From the NCBI GenBank assembly GCA_965219095.1, contig OZ244719.1, positions 320,001 to 384,000 on the forward strand: DNA of 64,000 nucleotides, in the 5' to 3' direction. Shown piece by piece: positions 9,946-21,316 of this stretch. The translations under genes were made by a program, and so were the position numbers. Numbering within the stretch: position 1 is the stretch's first letter; each line of letters starts with the position of its first letter. Below the pieces are notes generated by a model. The model was not told where the DNA came from, searched no databases, and saw nothing but the letters and a program-made list of their open reading frames with translations. The DNA comes from Bdellovibrionales bacterium. Its GTDB lineage: Bacteria; Bdellovibrionota; Bdellovibrionia; Bdellovibrionales; UBA1609.

Positions 9946-10955
9946 TTTGTGATCCTAAAGAAAGATTTGACGGACTCTTTTTTCAGTTGAACCTCTTCCC
10001 ACTCTTTTTTCTCTATACTTTCACTGATGATACCACAGCCAGCACCAATTTGTGTTATATTTGAATCCCACCTTATGTTGCGAATGGCAATGATGGAAAA
10101 AAACTGATCTTTTCTAGGTAAGTAAACTCCAAACGGAGCACCCCATCTCTTTCTTTCTTGATTTTGTTGTTTTAAATAAGTCCACACCTTTATCAAAGGC
10201 ACTCCTCCTAACGCAGCCGTGGGATGAAGATGTTTTACAAGTCCCTCTATAGAAACATCATTTTTCAACTCCACTTCCATATCTGTTTTTAAATGAGCTA
10301 AAGAAGAAAGCTTCTTTAAAGTTCTTTTTGAAATATGCACTTTCCCTAGGGGGGTGAGCTTTCTCTTAAGGTCTGAGACTACAAACTCATGCTCTCTTAT
10401 CTCTTTTTTATCTTTTAAAAGTTTATCTATGTCAGTTATCTTTGAAGTTCCTGCTAAAGCCATGGTTTTAAGGTAGGACTTTTGTTTAGAAAATAACATC
10501 TCAGGGCTTCTTCCTATGAAGCCTTCTGTTTCATCCCATAGGCCATAAGAAAAAAGCTCTTCATCTGATTCGCAAAAAACCCTCTCAATCCAAGAAAGCC
10601 TTTCTTTGTAGGAGGGTTTTGTTTCAGAGTTAGAAAAAAAAACAGGGACAGCCTTTTGGAAATGGGCTTTTATAAACTGAAGCTCCTTGTTAAACTCTCT
10701 GCGACAAGAATCTTGAAAAACTCTTAAAAACTTCTCTTTTCTCTCAGTGTTAAAAAAAGAAGGGGAAGAGGTAAGTTGTGAGAAAGAGGGAACCCACCAA
10801 GGGGTATGAGTTTCTAAGAAAAAATCAGGTGCATAGAAGCTCATACTCTCAAGAGAGGGTTTTTTCTGCCAAACTCCTTTCCCCCAAGCCAAAACCCATA
10901 AAGAGGGTGTGATTTGTAAGAAGGCTCCGTTCTGAAAAAACTCACGACATAACAC
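9942..10955 (-). CDS. menF: Isochorismate synthase / chorismate-binding enzyme
   Basis: SPE, ALAGT, KE.REH..V, LHPTAALGG, IAIR, GAGCGI; overlaps the menD start. Confidence 0.88.
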   Translation of the reverse strand: MLCREFFQNGAFLQITPSLWVLAWGKGVWQKKPSLESMSFYAPDFFLETHTPWWVPSFSQLTSSPSFFNTERKEKFLRVFQDSCRREFNKELQFIKAHFQKAVPVFFSNSETKPSYKERLSWIERVFCESDEELFSYGLWDETEGFIGRSPEMLFSKQKSYLKTMALAGTSKITDIDKLLKDKKEIREHEFVVSDLKRKLTPLGKVHISKRTLKKLSSLAHLKTDMEVELKNDVSIEGLVKHLHPTAALGGVPLIKVWTYLKQQNQERKRWGAPFGVYLPRKDQFFSIIAIRNIRWDSNITQIGAGCGIISESIEKKEWEEVQLKKESVKSFFRITK

Positions 10956-11018
10956 AAGGCTGTTTTTAATAAAAAAAAGTGGAAAAATCTAGGCTTTTCA
11001 TATAACTTTATCAAGTCT

Positions 11019-11825
11019 ATGAAAATTTCCCAGATGAATGTAGATTTTTCCAAAGACTTTCTTTTGATGGCAGGGCCTTGTTCTATTGAGTCATTTGAAC
11101 AACTCTCTCATGTGGCAAAGTGGGTGAAAGAAAAGGGAGCTTGTATTTTAAGGGGTGGGATTTTTAAATTAAGAACCTCTCATAAAAGCTTTCAGGGAAA
11201 GGGCCATGAAGCCTTTGATTGGGTTAAAACCATCAAAAAACAAACAGGTCTTCCTTTTATTAGCGAAATTACAGATCCAAGACAAATTGAAAGCTTCTTA
11301 GAGTTTGTAGATATTTTTCAAGTAGGTACACGTAACATGTACAACTATGAAATGCTAAAAGAACTGGGAAGCATTGATAAGCCTGTTTTGTTGAAACGCA
11401 GTTTTTGTAGTCGTGTTGAAGAATGGATCGATGCAGCTGAATATGTAGTTCAACATGGAAATGAAAATGTTATTTTATGCGAAAGAGGGATTCGCACTTT
11501 TGAGACTACAACAAGAAACACTCTTGATCTTAACTCAGTAGCTTTTATAAAACAAAACTTCTCCTTTCCTGTTATTGTGGATCCTTCTCATGGAACAGGA
11601 AAAAGATGTCTTGTAAAACCTATGAGCCTTGCTGCTCTAGCTTGTGGATCTGATGGCTTGATCCTTGAAGTTCACCCAGAACCTAAAAAAGCTCTCAGTG
11701 ATGGAGAACAAAGTTTAGATTTCAAGGAATTTCAAGATATTGTAACCGATCTGAAGCACCTTCTTCCTTCATTTCAAAAACAATTAAAAAGCCCTTCTTT
11801 AAGGCAAGACTCCTTAAGCCTATAA
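11019..11825 (+). CDS. aroF: DAHP synthase type I-beta, without regulatory domain
   Basis: AGPCSIES, RGG.FK.RTS, QVGTRNM, LCERGIRTFE, DPSHGTG. Confidence 0.92.
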   Translation: MKISQMNVDFSKDFLLMAGPCSIESFEQLSHVAKWVKEKGACILRGGIFKLRTSHKSFQGKGHEAFDWVKTIKKQTGLPFISEITDPRQIESFLEFVDIFQVGTRNMYNYEMLKELGSIDKPVLLKRSFCSRVEEWIDAAEYVVQHGNENVILCERGIRTFETTTRNTLDLNSVAFIKQNFSFPVIVDPSHGTGKRCLVKPMSLAALACGSDGLILEVHPEPKKALSDGEQSLDFKEFQDIVTDLKHLLPSFQKQLKSPSLRQDSLSL

Positions 11826-12538
11826 TGGAAGATAACAGAAGTCAAAAAGATAAGAAAAAAGGCCCTTCAAAAAAAACCATCCAAGCTCTTTTTAGTCGTG
11901 TCGTTGAGGGTTATGATTTAGCCAACGATCTGATAACTCTAGGACGTATAAGAGCTTGGAGAAGAAGACTTGTTGAAAAAAGCGGAGTTAAAAACCAAGA
12001 TCTTGTTTTAGATATAGCTACAGGAACAGGAGATCTAGCCTATGAATTTTATAAGAAAAGGGCCTCTGTAAGGGGAGCTGATTTTTGTGAAAAAATGCTT
12101 GAAAAAGCAAAAAAAAAGTATCCCAAGCTTTCTTTTGAATACGCTGATCTTATGAATTTAAAATACGAAGATAATTTTTTTCATATTTCAAGTGTTGCGT
12201 ATGGACTTAGAAATGTAGAGGATTTAGAAAGAGCTCTTAAAGAGTTAGCCCGTGTAACACGTTCTTCAGGAAAAGTTCTTATTTTAGAAACAGGGAATAA
12301 GCCCTCCTTTTACATAAAGCCTTTTTTTCATTTCCATATGTGCTATCTTGTTCCTCTCATAGGCTCTTTTGTATCAAAAGATAAACTAGCCTATGAGTAT
12401 TTACAAACATCATCCTTTCAGTTTCCTGCAAGAGAAGAGTTTGTGAAACTTATAAAAGAAACGGGCTGTTTTGCCTCTGTAAATTATGAAGTTTTTATGG
12501 GGGGAGCAAGTTTTCTTTATTGTGCTGAGGTTATATAG
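11825..12538 (+). CDS. menG: Demethylmenaquinone methyltransferase (UbiE/MenG)
   Basis: YDLAND, LDIATGTGD, YGLRNV, YEYL..S...FP; men gene context. Confidence 0.9.
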   Translation: MEDNRSQKDKKKGPSKKTIQALFSRVVEGYDLANDLITLGRIRAWRRRLVEKSGVKNQDLVLDIATGTGDLAYEFYKKRASVRGADFCEKMLEKAKKKYPKLSFEYADLMNLKYEDNFFHISSVAYGLRNVEDLERALKELARVTRSSGKVLILETGNKPSFYIKPFFHFHMCYLVPLIGSFVSKDKLAYEYLQTSSFQFPAREEFVKLIKETGCFASVNYEVFMGGASFLYCAEVI

Positions 12539-12605
12539 TGCTTCCGTTTAGGTTTTCATGTTTTTTCTCTAAAGAATCGACCGGAAAATCTAAGCGTATT
12601 CACTA
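12536..12605. mobile_element. 70-bp IS630-type MITE
   Basis: tagtgcttccgtttagg...ctaagcgtattcacta; copies at 16239-16307 and 43902-43971; left end matches the IS630 type b IR. Confidence 0.8.
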
Positions 12606-12609
12606 TATA

Positions 12610-14340
12610 CCTAAATTCCCGACAAAAAATATACACTAGGATTTAAGTTCTGCTCAGAATCTGGAAAATTTCTTATTCCCCCTCGTAAAAAGTAGGATTT
12701 CATAGAATTTTTAGAGATAAATACTCTTGCCTATGCTCAATCCTGATGTATAATATATACAGCAGGATTGCTAGGAGGATATACGATGAGTTTCATTAGA
12801 AGAATAAAAAAGAAAGATGGACAAGTTTATTTGGCTGAAGTTGAAAGCAAATGGATCAATGGGAAATCGGTCCAAAAGCATATTCGTTATATTGGAAAAG
12901 AGATTAATGGAGAAGTTGTGCTTTCTCTCTCATCAAAAGATCTCCAAGTGGATGGAGTTAAGGTATATGGCCCCCTTTTACTGTTCCATAGTATCTCAAA
13001 AAAAATTAAACTTCCAGAAATTTTAGGTAAATATTCTGATGAGATTCTCAGTATGATTTATGCCCACTGTATGGATTATAGAAGTGTACGTAATATGCCA
13101 AAATGGTACGAGAGGACAGACTTAAATCTTCTTTTAGATTTAGGAAATCTAACGGAAGCTCGATTAGTTAAAGCAATGGATAGTATAAATGATGATCAAA
13201 TAGAGATTTATCAAAGGTCTATTTTTAGCAACGTAAAAAAGATGTATAGGTTGGACTCTAAAGGAATAGTATATGATCTAACAAATACTTATTTTCATGG
13301 GAAGCATTGTGTTATGGGGAAAGTGGAAAGAAGTAAAGATGGGCGTCGACAAAATGATCTTATCCAAATAGCACTTGCAACGACTCAAAAGGACGGAATT
13401 CCAGTATTCCACAAAACCTTTGATGGAAATATCCATGACAGTAAAACTCTAGCGGACGTTTCCAATAATTTTTCTCAACACAGTCTTCAGTCTGGACTAC
13501 TCATCTATGATCGAGGCATAGTATCCGAGAAAAACATTGATTTCATAGGGGATTTAGGCTGGCACACGTTGTGTGGCTTGCCTATGCGAGAAAAAGAAAA
13601 AGCTATCATAAGACGAACTATAAAGAATGATTCTATAAATAATATTTCAAATATGGTGACAATTGGAGAAAGTATTTTTTACGTTAAAGGTATACCTCAT
13701 TCATTCGGATCGATTAAAGGAAAGCTTGTCATCTGCTATAATGAATCTAAAAAAACAGAAATCACAGAGTCAAGGAGGAAAAGGATTCTAAATGCTCAGG
13801 AGTTAATAAATAAAAATAAAAAAATTGAAGAAGGACTTAGAAAGCACTTGACTCCCAGGGGAAGAATAAGAACTGATGTGTTAAAGAAAGATGAGGAGCT
13901 TGATGGATACTCGTGTATATTTTCTACGAAGAAGATCTCCGACAAAGAAATGGTGAGATTGTATTTTGACAAAGAGATCATTGAAAGAGCTTTCAAAACT
14001 TTAAAAGGTATTTCAAATGTACGCCCTATTAGATTTTGGTTAAATAAGAGAGTCAAGTCACATGTTTTTATCTGCTATTTATCTTATCTCATATTATCTA
14101 TCCTTAAACTAAGTCTAAAATCTAAGGGCATAAATATGTCGCCAGAAAAAGCAATTGAAAACTTAGAAACTATGTACAACGTTTATCTATCAGATAACCG
14201 TAAAAAACATAAATTTACTAGAACCGTAACTCTTAACAAAACTCAAGAACAGATATTGAAATCGGTGGACCCAAAAATTTTAAAGAATCACATAATGCTT
14301 TCTTGAAAACCTAGTATATACTTTTGGCCAAAAATTTAGG
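12610..14340 (+). mobile_element. IS1634-family element with intact 512-aa transposase ORF (12768..14306)
   Basis: cctaaatt/aatttagg termini, tatata flanking repeat; YDLTNTYF, YDRG, IERAFK..K..RPI motifs. Confidence 0.92.
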
Positions 14341-14628
14341 TATATAGTGATCATACATTTTATTTTCCTCCTTTGTTGGTTTATTTATAAATAAAGTCTT
14401 GAAATCCTATTTTACATCTTTTTTTTTGCTTTTTCCTTTTTTTCGAGTAAGTCTTCACAAAAATACAGGCTTAATCGAAAAAAAGGGAAAACACCCTTTG
14501 AGGCCTTAAAAACCAGGCCAGCTAAAGGGTTTAGAATTTGTCTCGAAAAGCTCACCTCCTTCTGCAAGTACTTTAGGGTCACTATCATGGCTTAAACCAG
14601 TGACCTGTCTTTTTGATTTACCGTCGAA

Positions 14629-15213
14629 TTAATTTCTGTAATTGGTATCAGTATAGTTTCTTAAAATTTCATCTAAAAGATGAAGAGTTGATTCTATTTC
14701 AACTTTTTGAGTTTCTAAAAAGTCTTGTGTGACAGGAACTGTATTATTTAAAATAAAATCTAAAGCTATTCTTTTTTTATAAGAAGAGTCAGGGTTTAAT
14801 ACATGGAGGTGCTCTAAAAGACTTTCTCCCAAAAAAAACGTTAATAAAGCTACAAGTGCGTACATCACATAACCTATCGAAGGTAAAATCAGAACAACTC
14901 CTAGGGTCACTGTTAACCAAGAAAGAAGAAGTCCAGAAGCTTTTACCCATCTTTTGACTTCTTGCCAAATCCTTTCAGACTCTAAATCATCTATAAAATA
15001 AAAGCCTCTACCTCCTATAAGTTCACACGTCACATAATTTTCATAAGGAGAACATCTTTCAAGTTTAAGTCTTTTTTCATCTAGTTGCTCAATTCGTAAA
15101 AATATAGAGGCTTCTTCTCTTGGAATATCTCTTAGATCTTTTTTTTGATTAGGAAAGTAAGAAAGGACTAAAGATGAATGAAAAGTAAAATAAAGCAGAA
15201 AAAGAAATTTCAT
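14629..15213 (-). CDS. Hypothetical membrane/secreted protein
   Basis: 194-aa ORF with hydrophobic N-terminus and two TM segments; last codons come from an IS630 IR. Confidence 0.6.
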   Translation of the reverse strand: MKFLFLLYFTFHSSLVLSYFPNQKKDLRDIPREEASIFLRIEQLDEKRLKLERCSPYENYVTCELIGGRGFYFIDDLESERIWQEVKRWVKASGLLLSWLTVTLGVVLILPSIGYVMYALVALLTFFLGESLLEHLHVLNPDSSYKKRIALDFILNNTVPVTQDFLETQKVEIESTLHLLDEILRNYTDTNYRN

Positions 15214-15470
15214 GCATTTTTTTAAAGCTACTTTTCACCTCCTTATAATACTTTATTATACCCTGAAATATTCTTTTTAAAAAGGGATTTTAAATTAAAA
15301 TTATTTATTCAGTCTTTATGGGAATTCTTTGGAGTTTTTCTTACTTTTGTGGAGGTGTGCGGTTTTGAGCTTGTAAGTTTTTCAAAATCTGACGTAAGCA
15401 TAAGCTCTGAGGTATTTGAAGAATAGATTTTTATTGACATCTCTTAAATTTTTTAATATCAATTTTTCTT

Positions 15471-15809
15471 ATGAGAGAGTTTTTAAGCAGTAAAATTCAT
15501 AAAGCCTATGTTACAAAAGCAAATCTGAATTACATGGGAAGTATTTCCATTGATGAAAATCTTATTGAAAAAGCTGGCCTTCAACCCTATCAAAAAGTTC
15601 TTATTGTGAGCAATACCTCAGGAGCTCGTCTTGAAACTTACGTTATTGCTAGCAAAGAGAGGGGAGAAATTCAAATGAATGGTGCTTGCTCCCATCTCAT
15701 TAAAATAGGAGAAGAGATCATTATTTTAGGATTTTGTTTTTCAGAAAAAAGCATTACTCCTAGAGTGATTCTAGTTGATAAAAACAATCGATTTTTAAAA
15801 TACCTTTAA
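15471..15809 (+). CDS. panD: Aspartate 1-decarboxylase
   Basis: SKIH.A.VT.ANLNY.GS (Gly-Ser cleavage site), GARLETY, NGA. Confidence 0.95.
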   Translation: MREFLSSKIHKAYVTKANLNYMGSISIDENLIEKAGLQPYQKVLIVSNTSGARLETYVIASKERGEIQMNGACSHLIKIGEEIIILGFCFSEKSITPRVILVDKNNRFLKYL

Positions 15810-16238
15810 TGGCATTTCAAAAAGAAAACTACCTTAACATTTTACTTTCTACTACCTGTATATGGGTGAGATTCCACACTATATTGAAAAATTTTCACTT
15901 TTTAACCCGAGTTTTGACTTTTTTCAGGGCTAAAGGCTAGCTAATATAAACAAACACCTTAGATCTTTGTAAGATAAAAACAATAATTCATTACAAAGGA
16001 GGCACCTAAGATGTTTAATTCTAAGTATCCTCAAATTTTTACCAAAAAGTATACACTAGGATTTTTAACGTTGTATAAGATGTGGTTTTAAAATTTTAGG
16101 ATTGATAGATTTTAGAATTTTTTCTTGATTTTTGATCTTGTAAATTAAATTATGTAACTGATTTTTTCATTTTAAATTTCACCCTCATTTTTTCACACTT
16201 ATTTTAACCCATCAATCGATTCACACAACAAATAGATA

Positions 16239-16307
16239 TAGTGCTTCCGTTTAGGTTTCAGTTTTTTTCTCTAGAGAATCGATCGGAAAATCTAAGCGTA
16301 TTCACTA
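16239..16307. mobile_element. IS630-type MITE of about 70 bp, stacked next to IS630 type b
   Basis: Near-identical to 12536-12605. Confidence 0.8.
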
Positions 16308-16311
16308 TATA

Positions 16312-17449
16312 TAGTGCTTCCGCTTAGGTTTTCCGTTTTTTTTGAGTTGAGGTCTAGTTTTTATTCTAAGGCTTTGATAAAAAGTCATTTATTTTTAAAA
16401 ATAGTTTCATATGTCAGGGTTTCTATCAAAAAAAGAGCGAAAAGATTTACTCTATGAACTATCTCTAGAGAAAAATCTTAGGTACGGAAAAAGGATTATG
16501 ACAATTCTCCATTTAGATAAAGGTAAGTTGTGTAAAGATATTTCCTACTTTCTTTTCCTTGATGAGGGCACGATAAGAGCCTATAGAGAGCGTTATAACA
16601 AAGGAGGGATAGAGTATTTAATCAACGACAATTACAATCCTAAAAGGTCCTTTTTAACTAAGAAAGAGGAGAAAATGCTTTTAAAGGAATTAGAGAAAAG
16701 AATTTTTCCATCATCACAGGCCCTTATTCAGTTCATTGAGGAGAATTTTGGTGTTACGTACTTTAACAAGTGGTGTAATTGATCTTCTCCATCGCCTTGG
16801 TTTTTCTTATAAAAAAGCCACAGCGATACCGGGCAAAGCGAAGAGAGAAGAGCAGAAAAAGTTTGTGCGTAAATACAAGAGAATTAAGAAGAAGGGTGGT
16901 CTTGTTTACTTTGCTGATTCCACACATCCTGAGTGGGGCCCTACGATTTCATATGGTTGGATAAGAGAGGGTAAGAAGTTTGAAGTGAAGACCAATTCAG
17001 GCTGGAGAAAAAGAGTGAATGTTTGTGGAGCTATTGAGATCAATAGCTTGAAGACAGTAGTCAGGAGTTATAAGACAGTTAACGAAGTTTTTCTATGTGA
17101 TATGCTCTATCATATTCATTAAGAAGCATCCCGATGAAAAAGAGATTCATCTTATCTTAGATGGGGCCGGATACAATAGATCGAAGTCTGTCAAGAAGTT
17201 AGCGAAAGAGTTGAATATAAAACTTGTTTATCTTCCTCCGTACTCACCGAATTTAAATCCTATAGAAAGGCTTTGGAAGTTTATGAAAAAAGAGGTCACG
17301 GCGAATCGATATTATGAAAACTATGACGATTTCAAGGGAAGTTTAAGTCAATTTTTTAGAGGAATACGAAAACACAGGCCTAAATTAGAAACTTTGATAA
17401 CTGATAACTTCTCCATCTTAGGAACCTGAAAACCTAAACGGAAGCACTA
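16312..17449 (+). mobile_element. IS630-family element (type b); transposase split by frameshifts (16411..17429)
   Basis: IRs tagtgcttccg/cggaagcacta at TA; FADSTHP, ILDGAGY, PPYSPNLNPIERLW. Confidence 0.92.
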
Positions 17450-17780
17450 TATACCTGAAATGAACATATCTTATGAAAACTTAAACCACCACTCAAAAGA
17501 AGTTTTTTTAAAATCTCCTAACTGAAGCTTTTCCTTAAGTCAATTCTAAAATTTTAAATTTGAACATGAAAATGTCGAATTAATTTTTGTAATTGGTATT
17601 ACTCTCTTTCTTTTCTTGATGTGACCCTTTTGGGGGATTTCTAACTATTTTTTACCCGCAGATTCCCAGGAGGAGGCATAATTTTTTTAAGGTCCGTCTG
17701 GTAAAAATATATTTTTAAAAGTCAGTTATACAATTTGGTTTATAGGATCAGAGATTTATAGAAAATACACTTTGAATGGT

Positions 17781-18296
17781 TTATTGTTTGAGGGTGGAGA
17801 TGTCTTTATAATTTCGGCAAAGCTCATTGTTATCCATCCCATATCCTACCACATAACGATCATGGATCACCTTTCCAACATAATCAGGTCTAAGGGAGGC
17901 TTTACGCCTCATGGGTTTATCTAAAAGAGTTACAATTTTCAATGAGGCAGGTTTGTTGGCAAAAAGTCTTTCCTTTAAAAACGCAAGGGTTCTTCCTTCT
18001 TGAATGATCTCTTTAACAATAAGGATGTGGCGATTGGTAACGCTTAAAGAAATATCCTTTAAAATTTTAACCTCTTCATTTTTATGAGATGATAGTTGTA
18101 CAAAATCAATCTCAACAGGAATAGAAATTTTTCTCATAAGATCAATTCCAAAAAGAACCGATCCTTTCAGAGGCATGATTAAAACTAACTCTTCGCCCTC
18201 ATAATCTTGTTCAATTTGCTCAGCTAAAACACTGACCATTTTATTGATAATCTCTTCTGAAATAAAAGGTGAAGTGGAGCCTCTCATGAAATTCAT
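17781..18296 (-). CDS. hpt: Hypoxanthine phosphoribosyltransferase family protein
   Basis: LKGS.LF..DL, PRPP loop variant IVKEIIQEGRTL, LLDKP, VVGYGMD. Confidence 0.8.
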   Translation of the reverse strand: MNFMRGSTSPFISEEIINKMVSVLAEQIEQDYEGEELVLIMPLKGSVLFGIDLMRKISIPVEIDFVQLSSHKNEEVKILKDISLSVTNRHILIVKEIIQEGRTLAFLKERLFANKPASLKIVTLLDKPMRRKASLRPDYVGKVIHDRYVVGYGMDNNELCRNYKDISTLKQ

Positions 18297-18919
18297 AACA
18301 TCTCCTGACTGAGTTGTTTTTTTCTTATTTTGTTTCTATGCTTTCTTAAACACTCTAAAGCTTTAGAATCAAGAGGTTTTTGACTTAAAACCTTACTCCA
18401 TTCTCTCACAGCATGCACTTCGCTTCCTGTAAGATAGTAAAGGTCTGCTAATGTTATACGGCTTTCATAATCTTCAGGAGTTTTTCTTAAAAGTTCTTTT
18501 AAACTTTCTATACGAGCTCTATAATTTATAAAACCTTCACCTTCATTTTTCTCTGGATTCTTTTTTTGGAGAAAAGAATCACTTTCTATGTTGTTGTTAG
18601 TATTTGTTTTTTGTTTGTCTTTAAGTTTTTGAAAGAAAAGCTCAGATTCCTTATAAAAGCCTAAGTCATTAAAAAGGACACTTAAGGAAAGGCAGGCTTC
18701 TGAATGAAAGGGATCTTTTGAAAGGGTTTTCTGAAATAAAAAAATAGCTTTTTTAAAATTCTTTTCAAAAAGAAAAATAGAACCTAAAAGATAATAGATT
18801 TCAGGGTGTTCATGGTTTTTTTCTAAGAGGATTTGCAAAAGCTGTTTTGCCTGATCATATGATTTTTCTTCGATTAAAAAACGTGTTCTCTCCAGAATCT
18901 TTTCAACTGGATATAACAT
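18293..18919 (-). CDS. Tetratricopeptide repeat protein
   Basis: TPR patterns (YYLLG..F...A...F..L..DP). Confidence 0.8.
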   Translation of the reverse strand: MLYPVEKILERTRFLIEEKSYDQAKQLLQILLEKNHEHPEIYYLLGSIFLFEKNFKKAIFLFQKTLSKDPFHSEACLSLSVLFNDLGFYKESELFFQKLKDKQKTNTNNNIESDSFLQKKNPEKNEGEGFINYRARIESLKELLRKTPEDYESRITLADLYYLTGSEVHAVREWSKVLSQKPLDSKALECLRKHRNKIRKKQLSQEML

Positions 18920-19673
18920 GCTCTAACTCTTTGTTTGCTTTCTTTAAAAGCTTTTTATTTTGACTTTTCTTTAAAAGTTTTAAGTAATATTTTTTAGACG
19001 TTTTTTTGTATCCTAATTTGAGAGCAGAGACGCTTGCAAAATAAAGGACTTCATCAATTCTTCTGTAATGAGGGTGTCTTTTGAGAAAAGATTGACAACG
19101 TCTCAAAGAGACTTTATATTTTTTTCTTTTAAAGTAAAACCTCATGACCTTAAAGTCTTTCTCTGCCATACGAGATAGCAATTCTTCTATGTATTTTTTA
19201 GAAGAAGTGCTGTACTCACTGTTAGGGTGCTTTTGAATCAACTGTCGAAAGACTAAAATAGAATCAACGGCTAAAGATAAGTCTCTTTCCACAACTTTAG
19301 GGACTTGATGAAAATAACTCATAGCTTCTCTGTAAGAGACATAATCTATTTTTTTATTTTGAGGATAAAGGCTCTTAAAAAAAGAATAGGCATATTGTGC
19401 TTCTGTGTAGTTTTTTTGAGCATAGTAAATATCTGCTACAGCCAAATCAACTTGAACCATTAAGGGATGAAGAGGATAAGTGTTTCGAAAGTCTTTGAGA
19501 GCCGCAAGAGCTGGCTCATAAAGTTTTCTTTCTATTAAATTTTGAGCCTCCTTGAAAAGTTCATAAGCGGGAGATGAAGTCTTAGCTTGATTTTTTGACA
19601 AAGGAGGTTTTGTGCTTGTACTAGAACAGGCTGTAAGAAGGCAGGAAAGGACAAGAAGAATCAAAAACTTCAT
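18903..19673 (-). CDS. bamD: Outer membrane assembly lipoprotein BamD
   Basis: Lipobox LTAC, TPRs, F...YP, RD......F..L...PNS.Y, FY motif. Confidence 0.9.
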   Translation of the reverse strand: MKFLILLVLSCLLTACSSTSTKPPLSKNQAKTSSPAYELFKEAQNLIERKLYEPALAALKDFRNTYPLHPLMVQVDLAVADIYYAQKNYTEAQYAYSFFKSLYPQNKKIDYVSYREAMSYFHQVPKVVERDLSLAVDSILVFRQLIQKHPNSEYSTSSKKYIEELLSRMAEKDFKVMRFYFKRKKYKVSLRRCQSFLKRHPHYRRIDEVLYFASVSALKLGYKKTSKKYYLKLLKKSQNKKLLKKANKELEHVISS

Positions 19674-19722
19674 AATAAGGATTTTATAGGTAAGTGCTTT
19701 TTAAGTCAAATTCATATCACCT

Positions 19723-20805
19723 TTAAAAGCGAGGGGTGATGATGTGTCTATAAAAGGTGAATAAAATAAGCTTGCATGTGAAGACAAGAGGTATGGCCAC
19801 AAGCATTCCTAAAACACCTAAAATCTGAGCTCCTGCGAGAAGAGAGATGAGAATGGTGACAGGATGCAAGTTCACTAAACGAGCTACTATAAAGGGCATA
19901 ATGATCAAGCCATCGATGAGCTGAGCTATAACATAGGGTAAAAGAAGAAAGAAAAAATCAAAAACACTATAAGATTTGACAAAACCTAAGAACAGAGCAG
20001 GGGTAGCACTTAAAAAGGGGCCTATATAGGGTATAAGATTGGCCAAACCTGCAAAAACTCCCAAAGAAAAACTCAAAGGAGTGTTTGTTACAAGAAGGCC
20101 TAAGCTCACCACTACTCCCACAAAAAAAGAGGCTATCAATCTCGAACGTATGAACTGGCCTAGTTGAAAGTTAATTTGTGATTGAAGGCTTATAGTGATT
20201 TCAAAAATATTATTAGGTATGAGTTCATAGAGCTTTTTCATAATCCTTCTTCCATCAACAAGCATAAAAAAGGAAAGAAAAGGGGCTAGAATCAAAATGG
20301 TTAGAGATTGAGAAAAGAAAGTGGGAACAGTTCCAAAAAGTTTTGGAGTTTTGTCTAGAAGGGAAGCTTTTATTACGTCAAGGATATTTGTATTTTCAAA
20401 AAAACCTATTTGAATTATTTTTTCTTGAAGAAAATCAAGCTGTTCTATGAGCCTTTCCCAATAAATGGGTCCTTCTGTTTTGAGAAGATGAAACTGTGAA
20501 ACCAGAACAGGATAAAATTGAACACTTCCTATTATAAGCATAAAAATCAAGACGATAAAAGTTGCTAAAATAGAGTGAAGACGTTCAATTCCTCTTCTTT
20601 CTAAAGTATCAATGACCGGTGTTAACATAAAGTTCATCACTAAAGCCACAATAAAAGAGGCCATAAGATTGTTTACGCTAATTATAGTAAAAACGAGGAA
20701 AGCTAAAACTGAGAAAAACAGAATCCCTTTGCCATATTTGTCCTTGAACCAAAAATTTTGTTGGTTGTTAGCTTTCATGTTTTTTCTCGTCCTGGAATTT
20801 TTCAA
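19723..20805 (-). CDS. AI-2E family transporter
   Basis: Multiple TMs, NLIPYIGP, LHP..I..SL..G...LG.LG..VAIP. Confidence 0.9.
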   Translation of the reverse strand: MKNSRTRKNMKANNQQNFWFKDKYGKGILFFSVLAFLVFTIISVNNLMASFIVALVMNFMLTPVIDTLERRGIERLHSILATFIVLIFMLIIGSVQFYPVLVSQFHLLKTEGPIYWERLIEQLDFLQEKIIQIGFFENTNILDVIKASLLDKTPKLFGTVPTFFSQSLTILILAPFLSFFMLVDGRRIMKKLYELIPNNIFEITISLQSQINFQLGQFIRSRLIASFFVGVVVSLGLLVTNTPLSFSLGVFAGLANLIPYIGPFLSATPALFLGFVKSYSVFDFFFLLLPYVIAQLIDGLIIMPFIVARLVNLHPVTILISLLAGAQILGVLGMLVAIPLVFTCKLILFTFYRHIITPRF

Positions 20806-21307
20806 GATGAGTTTGAAATTCTTCTACTTTAGAAACAAGAACTCTCAGTCTTTTAGCTAGGACTTGAGAAAGTTTTAAAATGAATTTTGAAGCTATAAAA
20901 GGATGTCTTGTACGTAAATCTTCTAGATCATGTCTAAAAAGTCCTATAAGCTTTGTGTTAGATTGAGCTCTTGCCATCGCTGTTCTTAGGCTGTCTGGCT
21001 CTAAAAGAGCAATTTCTCCAAAAAAATCTTTTTTTTCTAAAATAAGAGATTCTTTTTTATTAAGGGAAGAAAAAAGTTGGTTTGTGAGAATTTCTACATG
21101 GCCTTCTAAAATAATATACATTCCAATGCCTAGATCTTTTTGTTTAAAAATAACTTCGCCTTCTTTATAAATTCTTTTATGAAAACATTCAGAAATTCTG
21201 CTTAGCTCTTTTTCAGAGAAATCTTTAAAAAAAGGCATAGACTTTAAAAACACAAGAAGTCTTTTATGGGGTTTCTTTTTTAAAACATTTTCCCAGAGAG
21301 CTTTCAT
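20768..21307 (-). CDS. Cyclic nucleotide-binding domain protein
   Basis: IFKQ.D.G..MYII.EG.V, FFGE.AL, RTA. Confidence 0.9.
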   Translation of the reverse strand: MKALWENVLKKKPHKRLLVFLKSMPFFKDFSEKELSRISECFHKRIYKEGEVIFKQKDLGIGMYIILEGHVEILTNQLFSSLNKKESLILEKKDFFGEIALLEPDSLRTAMARAQSNTKLIGLFRHDLEDLRTRHPFIASKFILKLSQVLAKRLRVLVSKVEEFQTHLEKFQDEKKHES

Positions 21308-21316
21308 GCAAGAATC

